A stretch of 11,510 bases of DNA from an uncultured bacterium (lineage in GTDB: Bacteria; Hydrogenedentota; Hydrogenedentia; Hydrogenedentales; JAEUWI01): NCBI GenBank assembly GCA_963977445.1, contig CAXBPH010000224.1, positions 1 through 11,510 of the forward strand. The letters run 5' to 3'. A program made the position numbers and the translations under genes. Position 1 is the stretch's first letter. Each line of letters begins with the position of its first letter. Positions 1-7,073 of this stretch are shown one piece after another. The notes beneath the pieces were generated by a model. The model was given only the letters and a program-made list of their open reading frames with translations. It was not told the origin of the DNA and searched no databases.

Positions 1-100
1 CATCGGCATCGGCATCGGCATCGGCATCGGCATCGGCATCGGCATCGGCATCGGCTTCGGCTTCGGCTTCGGCTTCGGCTTCGGCTTCGGCTTCGGCTTC
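1..100. repeat. Compound hexanucleotide tandem repeat: (CATCGG)x9 at 1-54, then (CTTCGG)x7 at 55-96 plus a partial unit; encodes Asp-Ala and Glu-Ala dipeptide runs on the minus strand
   Basis: Read directly from the sequence. The units are perfect and the two types differ by one base. The repeat may continue beyond the window edge. Confidence 0.97.
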
Positions 101-217
101 GCCGACTTCTTCTATTTCCTCTTCGGGGGCGCCATCGCCTTCAGCATCATCGACAGATCTTACCTCTTCTTCAATCGGGTCCGAATCCACGTTTGTCTGC
201 TCCTCAGAAGATGCCAT
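1..217 (-). CDS. Partial CDS (5' end only, runs off the window edge): protein with a highly acidic, low-complexity N-terminus, MASSEEQTNVDSDPIEEEVRSVDDAEGDGAPEEEIEEVG(EA)8(DA)8D...
   Basis: Manual translation from ATG at 217-215 is open to position 1 (72 codons, no stop). Absent from the ORF track, presumably because it has no stop in the window. Same strand as aroF and just after its terminator. No clear Shine-Dalgarno; product not identifiable from this fragment. Confidence 0.75.
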   Translation of the reverse strand, partial: MASSEEQTNVDSDPIEEEVRSVDDAEGDGAPEEEIEEVGEAEAEAEAEAEAEAEADADADADADADADADAD

Positions 218-258
218 AGTGTGTGTCGCTCTGCAAGTTGATGGCGTTTGCCGTTGCC

Positions 259-298
259 AATAATCAAGAACGGCAGCGGACGGTGAGGTCCGCTGCCG
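259..298 (-). terminator. Probable intrinsic (Rho-independent) terminator of aroF
   Basis: Perfect 11-bp GC-rich stem CGGCAGCGGAC (271-281) / GTCCGCTGCCG (288-298) with a 6-nt loop, followed on the minus strand by TTCTTGATTATT, 25 nt after the aroF stop. Confidence 0.75.
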
Positions 299-323
299 AA
301 AGGAGGTTACCAGAAGACCGGAA

Positions 324-1340
324 TTAGCTTACTTTCTGGCCCATAAGTTCCAGGAAGGGTTTCAGTTCCTGGACCAGGTCGGCAAAGCGTTTCGGCTTCA
401 GCGACTGGGGGCCGTCAGAGAAGGCTTCTTCGGGGCGGGGGTGGACTTCGATCATGAGTCCGTCGGCCCCGGCGGCCACGGAAGCCTTCGACATGGGCGC
501 AACCAGGTCCCATTGGCCCGCAGCGTGACTGGGGTCAACGACAATGGGCAGGTGGGTGTGTTTTTGCAACACCGGTACCGCCTGAATGTCGAGGGTATTG
601 CGGGTTTCCGTCTCAAAGGTCCGGATGCCCCGTTCGCACAAGACTACATTGGGGTTGCCTTCCGACATGATATATTCGGCCGACATGAGGAATTCCTGGA
701 TGGTGGACATCATGCCACGTTTGAGGAAGACGGGCTTGCGGGATTTACCCACCGCTTTCAGCAGACCGAAGTTCTGCATGTTGCGCGCGCCAATCTGAAA
801 CATGTCTGCGTGCTTCTCTACGAGGGGCACCTGTTCCGTGGTCATGACTTCGGTGACCACGGGCATACCAAACTTCTTGCCGGCCTCTTCCAGGAGAATC
901 AAGCCCTCTTCTTCCATGCCCTGGAAGCTGTAGGGCGAGGTGCGGGGCTTGTAGGCGCCGCCACGGAGGATGTTGGCGCCGGCGTTTTTGCAGATTTCAG
1001 CTGTTTCGAGGATTTGTTCGCGGGATTCAACGGAGCAGGGACCACCAACGATGCAGAAATTGCCACCGCCGATTTTTACGCCACCACATTCAACGATGGA
1101 ACGTTCCTGCTTCACCTGCAATCCGGCAAGCTTGTAGGGCTTGAGGATGGGAACCACTTGCTCGACGTGGGCCAGGCTTTCCAGCGCACTGAGGCGTTCT
1201 TTACCGCGCTCATCGCCTACGGCGGCGACCACCGTGCGTTCCACACCTTCAATGATGTGAGCCCGATAGCCGAGGGCCTCGACTTTGGAAACAACATGGT
1301 CGACATCTTTTTTTTCGCGCGAGGCCATTATAATAATCAC
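324..1340 (-). CDS. aroF: 3-deoxy-7-phosphoheptulonate (DAHP) synthase, class I-beta, with N-terminal ACT/ferredoxin-like regulatory domain (Thermotoga maritima type)
   Basis: 338 aa. Motifs [64 protein letters not shown] and SDGPQSL. N-terminal ~70-aa extension typical of the regulatory domain. GTG start at 1340 preceded by AAAGG. Confidence 0.96.
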   Translation of the reverse strand: MIIIMASREKKDVDHVVSKVEALGYRAHIIEGVERTVVAAVGDERGKERLSALESLAHVEQVVPILKPYKLAGLQVKQERSIVECGGVKIGGGNFCIVGGPCSVESREQILETAEICKNAGANILRGGAYKPRTSPYSFQGMEEEGLILLEEAGKKFGMPVVTEVMTTEQVPLVEKHADMFQIGARNMQNFGLLKAVGKSRKPVFLKRGMMSTIQEFLMSAEYIMSEGNPNVVLCERGIRTFETETRNTLDIQAVPVLQKHTHLPIVVDPSHAAGQWDLVAPMSKASVAAGADGLMIEVHPRPEEAFSDGPQSLKPKRFADLVQELKPFLELMGQKVS

Positions 1341-1613
1341 GGCGTGAACCTTTTACTATCGGTGAGTGAAACGGACCACCCTGCCCATGGGGATTGGTGA
1401 ATCCAATATGTACGAAACGCATTCAATCCATTCTGGTGTCTGATTTGCGCCCGGTATCCCGAATTTATAACTCGTTGACATCAAATGGGATAGGCCAACA
1501 CAGACGTCGGCCCGTCGCGCTGAATGCTGAAAAGACGACGGGATGATGCCCGGGCACTGGGGGAGTAGTCAACCGGCTGACGCGATCAGACCACTACAGA
1601 GCCAAGACCCGAA

Positions 1614-1643
1614 AGTATACCGACCGCGCACGTAGAAAAGCAA
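1614..1643 (-). promoter_or_regulatory. Candidate sigma70-type promoter for aroF
   Basis: Minus strand TTGCTT (1643-1638), 18-nt spacer, TATACT (1619-1614). Implies a start near 1607 and a ~265-nt leader. Consensus match only. Confidence 0.5.
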
Positions 1644-1763
1644 CGAAAGCCCGTGGTAATGGTAGGATAGAAGGACCCACGGTCTTGTGAAGCCGGGTTG
1701 GAACCGTGCACTATGAAGGACCTGTGGCCATGTTACTCTTACCACGAATTGAAAGGGGTACCC

Positions 1764-3794
1764 ATGAAGTATTGCGTGAGTTTATCCACTGGAATTGTAC
1801 TCTTCCTAGTGGCTGTTCTGGCTTCGGGCTGTCCCGGAGTGCCCAGAGAGACCATCGCCACCTCCCAGAGCACCCTTGATTTCGGGCGTACCGAAGTAGA
1901 ACTTGCCGTGGATATCTGGAACAACAATCCCCGGGCGAATACGGTGGATATTTCGGTTTCCTCCTCGACCAACTGGATCCAGGTCAGCACCCGCTCTGTG
2001 ACCAGTGAGGCGCCTGATGCGACTACCGGGCCCTTCGACAAAAAGCGGATCGTGGTGACCGTTGATCGGAGCAAGGTGCCCATTGGTGACTCTGTCGGCC
2101 GAATCTCTCTGCGTGCCAACGATGTAGTTGGCAAGGATATTACCGTCCGGGTGACCCGTGATCAGGACGCAACGGCCTTCTCCAATTCCGTGTTGGACTT
2201 TGAGCGTAGCAGTCTTCCCCGCTTTCTGGAAGTCTGGAACAAGAATCCCGATGTGGACTCCTTGACCCTCGCTGTTACCCCATCGGAGCCCTGGATCGTG
2301 GTGAACACCACTTCCATCACCAGTGATGGCCCCAACAGCACTGCCGGTCCCTTCAATAAGCAGACCGTCCAGGTGACCGTAGATCGCAGTCGACTCCTCG
2401 CGGGCGAGCACATGGGTACCATTACCTTCGCCGCCGCCGGGATAATCACCCGCAGTGTTCAAGTTAAGGTTATCCAGGATGTGGACGGCATTTTCAATAC
2501 GCTGAACATCATCAACCCCGCCCACACCTATTCCGATCCCTACCTGATAGACTTTTCCTTTACCCTGCGCGATGAAGACGGCAATGCAGTAATTCAGGAT
2601 CCCGCGGATTTCGTGATTGAAGCCCGGGAAGGGGCCGATGCCGTCGCGAGCGAAACGGGTGTCCAAATTCAACGGGGTACCGCCCGTCAATTGCGCGTGG
2701 CCCTCGTATTGGACTATACCTTCTCCATGCAATCCACGACCGGTGCGATATCGGCCATGGAAGAGGCCGCCAAGAACACGCTGCTGCCCGCCCTGAATGA
2801 AGATGCCCTCGTGAGCGTGACCGAATTTCACCGGGAAGATATGTCCGCCATGGAAGTCGTTCCCTTCACCTTCGATCGGGCCTACACCAGTGCCCGCATC
2901 GATGCAATTCAATCGGAAATCGTGCTCTTTGGCGCTTCCGCCATGTTGGATGCCCTGAAGGATACGGCAGAGACCTTCGACGCCGATATGGCCGACGGGG
3001 AAGACCGCTACATCATCCTCTTTACCGATGGGGACGATACGTCGAGTATTGCCACGAACAACGATGTGATCAACCTGGCACGGGCGCGGGGAATCCGCAT
3101 TTATGCCATCAACTTCGGCAACGACACCGTCGCCTCCGACCTGGTTGAGTTGAGCAATGGTACCGACGGTACGCTCTTCACGGCGGGCACCATCGCCGAA
3201 TTCGACAGTTCCTTTCAGCAAATTGTTCGTGACCTGGACGGCCAATACAACCTGCGCTGGGCCTCATTGGCACGACGGGGAACGCCGCTCACGCCGAGCT
3301 TTACCCTGATGTTGGGAGACGATGCCGTAAGCTACACGGCGACCGAGGACTTCATTCCCACGGAACATGTGGGTAATGGGGTGCTTGAGGGTAAATTGCG
3401 CTTTATCGTTTCCGATAACCGGACGGCCACCACGGTGTTCTTGCGGGCCGATTATGTTCCCCGCTTTATCAACGCCTTCACCATGTATCTGAGTAGCGAT
3501 ATGGGATTTGTGGTGACCGCGGTAGATGGCGATAATGACGGCTTGTTTGCAGGCTGGACCATGACCCAGACGGACGATCCGGACAACGGCGGCATGACCC
3601 TCGAATTTGTCAGCGCCGGTCAACCCATTCCCTTTGGTACATTTGGCCCCATGCTGCGGATAACCTTTGATACCCTGCTGTCCGCAGAAGTTCCCTTGTT
3701 CAACACCGTTTTCGTGGACAACAGCCTGTATAATGGCACGGGTGGACAGTCCTTCGTGGTTGAAGGATACGAGAACACACCGCCAGCCTCCTGA
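1764..3794 (+). CDS. Lipoprotein with two tandem Ig/BACON-like repeats, a von Willebrand factor A domain and a C-terminal beta-rich domain
   Basis: Start reassigned from 1698 to ATG 1764 (GAAAGGGG upstream), giving 676 aa. Signal peptide MKYCVSLSTGIVLFLVAVLASG|C with lipobox. VWA signatures VALVLDYTFSM (MIDAS-like DxTxS), IILFTDGDD and IRIYAINFG. Confidence 0.85.
   Translation: MKYCVSLSTGIVLFLVAVLASGCPGVPRETIATSQSTLDFGRTEVELAVDIWNNNPRANTVDISVSSSTNWIQVSTRSVTSEAPDATTGPFDKKRIVVTVDRSKVPIGDSVGRISLRANDVVGKDITVRVTRDQDATAFSNSVLDFERSSLPRFLEVWNKNPDVDSLTLAVTPSEPWIVVNTTSITSDGPNSTAGPFNKQTVQVTVDRSRLLAGEHMGTITFAAAGIITRSVQVKVIQDVDGIFNTLNIINPAHTYSDPYLIDFSFTLRDEDGNAVIQDPADFVIEAREGADAVASETGVQIQRGTARQLRVALVLDYTFSMQSTTGAISAMEEAAKNTLLPALNEDALVSVTEFHREDMSAMEVVPFTFDRAYTSARIDAIQSEIVLFGASAMLDALKDTAETFDADMADGEDRYIILFTDGDDTSSIATNNDVINLARARGIRIYAINFGNDTVASDLVELSNGTDGTLFTAGTIAEFDSSFQQIVRDLDGQYNLRWASLARRGTPLTPSFTLMLGDDAVSYTATEDFIPTEHVGNGVLEGKLRFIVSDNRTATTVFLRADYVPRFINAFTMYLSSDMGFVVTAVDGDNDGLFAGWTMTQTDDPDNGGMTLEFVSAGQPIPFGTFGPMLRITFDTLLSAEVPLFNTVFVDNSLYNGTGGQSFVVEGYENTPPAS
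1875..2486 (+). repeat. Internal tandem domain duplication (period 318 nt = 106 aa) within the VWA lipoprotein
   Basis: Unit 1 from 1875: LDFGR..IWNNNP..WIQVS..GPFDKKRIVVTVDRSK..GRISL. Unit 2 from 2193: LDFER..VWNKNP..WIVVN..GPFNKQTVQVTVDRSR..GTITF. Confidence 0.88.
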
Positions 3795-3873
3795 AGCATT
3801 AGACGAATAAAATGCCTTTCCCGATGGTAATTCCAACAGGCATGGCATAACGAGACGTAAACGAGTAGAAATT

Positions 3874-3922
3874 GATTAGACGCCACCCGGCAGCCCATTG
3901 GGGTTGTCGGGATGGCGTAATC
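3874..3922 (+). other. Long intergenic stem-loop without a U-tract
   Basis: ACGCCA-CCCGGCAGCCC (3880-3896), ATTG loop, GGGTTGTCGGG-A-TGGCGT (3901-3918), extended by GATT/AATC. Two G.U pairs form only on the plus-strand transcript. Confidence 0.6.
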
Positions 3923-3945
3923 GTAGATTGAAGAGAATTGGTTTT

Positions 3946-4305
3946 ATGGAAGTAGTTTGTTCCCAGTGCGACGCCATCCTCGATGCGCCAACCTCACTCG
4001 CCGGTAAGGTGACCGCCTGTCCCCAGTGCGGTGCCCAGGTGTCCGTGCCCATACCCGCGTCAGCCCAGGTTATTGAGGTCCATGCCGAGGCCATCGGTGA
4101 GGACGAAGAGGCCGTTCGCTATGAAGAGGACCCCTTTTTTAATCCCGATCAACAGCGACCGGCCGGGCAGGATCAGGTGTGGGGGCGAGGCGTCCACATT
4201 CAAAACGTCGGAAGTGGCGGTGGTTGTTGTCCTGCGGGTTGCCTGACCGTTGCCGCCATCCTGTTTTTCGCCATCTACGGCATCCTGTCCTTCTTCTTCG
4301 GTTAA
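3946..4305 (+). CDS. Small hypothetical membrane protein with N-terminal zinc ribbon and C-terminal transmembrane helix
   Basis: Likely start ATG 3946 (119 aa). CSQC-x16-CPQC pair, acidic linker, GGGCCPAGC, then the hydrophobic tail LTVAAILFFAIYGILSFFFG. Confidence 0.75.
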   Translation: MEVVCSQCDAILDAPTSLAGKVTACPQCGAQVSVPIPASAQVIEVHAEAIGEDEEAVRYEEDPFFNPDQQRPAGQDQVWGRGVHIQNVGSGGGCCPAGCLTVAAILFFAIYGILSFFFG

Positions 4306-4394
4306 ATACGCGAAGATTCATCTCGGACATTTTCCAGGTTCATCGGTTGCCCGCTTCCAATATTGGAGCTTGGGAGCGCAGGCGAGGATTCAGG

Positions 4395-6317
4395 TTATTC
4401 CGCCTGCTCCAGATCGTCCAACTCATACTGGATGCTCTGGGTGACCGGAAAGCGGAAGCCCGTCTTGGGATCGAGATCGAGGTCCATCACTTTCAGGGCC
4501 ACGGGGTGCTGATCGCGCTTCCACTGGTTGGCGGAAAAGCGTATGGCAAAGTCCCGGGCCCAGGCGCGTACTTGCTCCGCGTCGTATTCGGTGTGGCGCG
4601 CACAGGTGACCCGCCAGCAATCGGTCAGCGACATCCGGCGACGTGCGTAAAGATAAAGTAGATCATCCAGCACGGGATAGGGCATGAGATCCGTCTCGTC
4701 CTGCTGATCGGGGGCCAGCTCGGCGCTGGGGGGCATGGCCAGCACATCTTGTAACGACGCAATACCGTCCCGTTTGGAAATGTAGTCGAGCAATTCGGAA
4801 ACGAGGGTCTTGGGTACGTTGGCAATGGGAGAGTAGCCCCCCTGGTTGTCGCCACCGGTAGTGCTGTATCCCACACCCGCTTCGCTCAGATTCGAGGTGA
4901 CCAGCACCAGGCCGCCCACGCTGTTGGCCCAGTTGAGGATCATGGTGCCCCGTACCCGTGCCTGCAGGTTTTGTTTCGCCAGGGGAAGCATCTTCCCTTC
5001 CCCGCCCAGCAATTCTTCCTGTTTTTCCAGGGCGACCTGAGATTCCTCATCTATACTCACAATCTTGAAGGGAACACCCAATTCCTTTGCCAGGGCCTCG
5101 GCGGCATTCTTCGTGCCACTGCTGCTGTATTTGGTCGTGGGCAGGTAAACCGTCTCGATATGCTTCGCATAGTCGTCCGGTTGGGTCCCCTCCTTGAAAG
5201 CCTTCGCCGCAGCGACGGCCATCAGGAGACACAAGGCGCTGTCCCGTCCACCGGAAAGGGCAATGATATAGCGTTGGAAGACGCCCACCTTTTCAAAATA
5301 GTCCCGAAGTCCCAATACCAGGGCATCAAAGAGCTCGTCCAGATAGGGATTGCACTCCTTGTGACGTTCTTTCAACGTGGGTACATAAAAGCTTGCGGGC
5401 ATCTGAGCCGCGTAATCCGCCACCGACGCCGGGGTGTAGCCCAGGCCCAGGACCGGGACGATTTGAATGCCGCCTGCTTCGGCGCTACGGGTGTTGCCTT
5501 CGCGCCAGGTGGTATTTTCGCTGCGGATTCGGGCCAGATTATCGAGATCGACCACGCCACTGCGGAGGGACCAGGAGTGGGGCGAAAGGATGCGGCCTTC
5601 CGCAATGAGTCCTTCGGGATCGGCGATGAGGCCACCACCATCGAAGACCAGGCGGCTGTTGTCGCAACCCAGGAGGTTGGCATAGGCATAGACCGCCTTC
5701 AGGCCGATGGCTGCCTGGCTCACGAGGCGTTTCCGCTCTTCGTTTTTTCCGGGGATGAAGGGGGAGGCGCTCGGGTTGCAGATAATTTCCGCACCCGCCC
5801 GGACCCGCTCCCGTGCGGGGGAGGAGGGGGACCAGAGATCTTCGCATATTTCGGCGGATACCATGCCGAAAGGCAGGTCAAAGACAAGATCACCCGCCGG
5901 AACACCGTTGATGGTCGTCGTGCCACCGGTCCAGGCCGTATAGTTTCGGCCTTCATAGAAAATGCTGTACATGGGCAGGTGTCGTTTGAGCACCAGGCCC
6001 TGAACCTTGCCCCCGGCCACCATGGCGGCCGCATTGTAAATCAAGGGCCCAATGCGAACCGGGAGACCAATGACAACGGCAATGTCGGTGCAGAATTCGG
6101 CCAGCTCCATCAGGGTGGCCCAACTGTGCCGGGTAATATCGGTCCAGCTCACCCGGTCTTCCAGACTGTAGCCCGAAATAGCCAACTCCGGGGTTACCAG
6201 GAGGTGCACCCCTTGTTCGCGGGCGGCTTCGATAGCGGCACGCAGTCGACCGGCGTTCCAGGTAAAATCGCCGACCTTAACCGATACGGCAGCGGTTCCT
6301 ATTCGTACCAGGCGCAT
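4395..6317 (-). CDS. nadE: Glutamine-dependent NAD(+) synthetase (nitrilase-type glutaminase domain plus synthetase domain)
   Basis: 640 aa. Nitrilase triad E44 (TPEL), K111 and C158 (EICEDLW); SASPF and FDGG; synthetase motifs ALSGGRDS, NLQARVRG, TSNLSE, PKT and PPSAELAPDQQDE. GGAG upstream of the ATG. Confidence 0.96.
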   Translation of the reverse strand: MRLVRIGTAAVSVKVGDFTWNAGRLRAAIEAAREQGVHLLVTPELAISGYSLEDRVSWTDITRHSWATLMELAEFCTDIAVVIGLPVRIGPLIYNAAAMVAGGKVQGLVLKRHLPMYSIFYEGRNYTAWTGGTTTINGVPAGDLVFDLPFGMVSAEICEDLWSPSSPARERVRAGAEIICNPSASPFIPGKNEERKRLVSQAAIGLKAVYAYANLLGCDNSRLVFDGGGLIADPEGLIAEGRILSPHSWSLRSGVVDLDNLARIRSENTTWREGNTRSAEAGGIQIVPVLGLGYTPASVADYAAQMPASFYVPTLKERHKECNPYLDELFDALVLGLRDYFEKVGVFQRYIIALSGGRDSALCLLMAVAAAKAFKEGTQPDDYAKHIETVYLPTTKYSSSGTKNAAEALAKELGVPFKIVSIDEESQVALEKQEELLGGEGKMLPLAKQNLQARVRGTMILNWANSVGGLVLVTSNLSEAGVGYSTTGGDNQGGYSPIANVPKTLVSELLDYISKRDGIASLQDVLAMPPSAELAPDQQDETDLMPYPVLDDLLYLYARRRMSLTDCWRVTCARHTEYDAEQVRAWARDFAIRFSANQWKRDQHPVALKVMDLDLDPKTGFRFPVTQSIQYELDDLEQAE

Positions 6318-6375
6318 GGCCCTACGTCTCCCAGGTTGTCACGATTACCGTGCTTGTGTCGGGCAATTCAACGAA

Positions 6376-6951
6376 CTATTCGCTGTCTTCTTTCGATACT
6401 TCGGGGGGTGGAACACATTCGATGCCCTGGGCCACCATCATGGCATCCAGAGCCTCTTTGAGTTCGTCTGGATGGCACGAGCCCACCAGCAGGTGATAGC
6501 CGTTGCTGTAGTCAATCCGAACGCCAAGATTGCCACGGGCGTTGTAGGCCTGACCGTTGCGTCCATACCGGATGCCCCAGCCGCCATATTCCATGGCCGG
6601 ACGATAGACCACCGAGTTAACACCCGTCACATCAGAAAAATCTATCTGACGGGTCTTTCGCTGCAAGGGAAGGAACCGAATGAAGAGGCCCTGGGTCGTC
6701 ACTTCGACCTGCAATTTGAGGGAAGCAACAAACAGGAGCAGTGCCAGATTCATCGCGATTACGATACCGCCCAGACCCACCATCTGCATGTTGGACATGG
6801 CATCATCGCCAAAGGGTATATCCTGAATTACCTGGCGGCTGATCATCCAGACAACGGTGCCACAGCAAAATGCGGTAACCCCAAAGAGGGGAATCCAGAG
6901 AAAGGGGCTGCGAAAGGTCTGATCTTCGCGAAAAAGCATGGTTGGTTGCAT
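6376..6951 (-). CDS. Uncharacterised membrane protein, two N-terminal TM segments plus a soluble PH-like domain (resembles DUF6141 family)
   Basis: 191 aa (alternative start ATG 6939). Two hydrophobic segments followed by GLFIRFLP, YGGWGIRY, AYNARGNLGV and LLVGS..PDEL. Family assignment is from motif memory only. Confidence 0.75.
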   Translation of the reverse strand: MQPTMLFREDQTFRSPFLWIPLFGVTAFCCGTVVWMISRQVIQDIPFGDDAMSNMQMVGLGGIVIAMNLALLLFVASLKLQVEVTTQGLFIRFLPLQRKTRQIDFSDVTGVNSVVYRPAMEYGGWGIRYGRNGQAYNARGNLGVRIDYSNGYHLLVGSCHPDELKEALDAMMVAQGIECVPPPEVSKEDSE

Positions 6952-7073
6952 GGGGTAATGGTCTCGCTTACGCGGGTTGGGATGCAGTCATAAACACCAT
7001 GAGTATAGCGCGTTGAGGGCGTTGAGATCTCCCCAGCGCGTCATTACACGACGTCGTGGGCCCGGAGGCACCC

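Noticed and set aside
1..100. Repeat as a CRISPR array or ON/OFF phase-variation tract
   Set aside because: No spacers, and the 6-nt unit keeps the reading frame.
441..1400. 319-aa plus-strand ORF
   Set aside because: Antisense shadow of aroF with no recognisable motifs; expected from codon bias in GC-rich genes.
1493..1603. Known riboswitch (e.g. c-di-AMP, prompted by GCTGAA), T-box or 6S RNA in the aroF/VWA intergenic region
   Set aside because: Only a short motif matches; the rest of each consensus could not be found by eye. An Rfam scan would decide.
1698..1763. ORF-track N-terminal extensions (VWA from 1698; also Zn-ribbon from 3898, pncB from 8564, pncA from 9226)
   Set aside because: Downstream ATGs fit better with Shine-Dalgarno sites, signal peptide position, domain starts or stop/start overlaps.
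1806..3245. 479-aa minus-strand ORF (and 3264-3848)
   Set aside because: Antisense shadows of the VWA lipoprotein gene.
4348..4380. Inverted repeats between the convergent Zn-ribbon gene and nadE (CGCTTCCAA/TTGGGAGCG; palindrome TCCAATATTGGA) as a bidirectional terminator
   Set aside because: Position is plausible, but the stem is imperfect and there is no adjacent U-tract on either strand.
4971..6461. 496-aa plus-strand ORF (also 4179-4661, 6316-6993, 7566-8333, 10501-11280)
   Set aside because: Lie antisense to nadE, the membrane gene, pncB or the metallophosphoesterase, which carry the convincing motifs.
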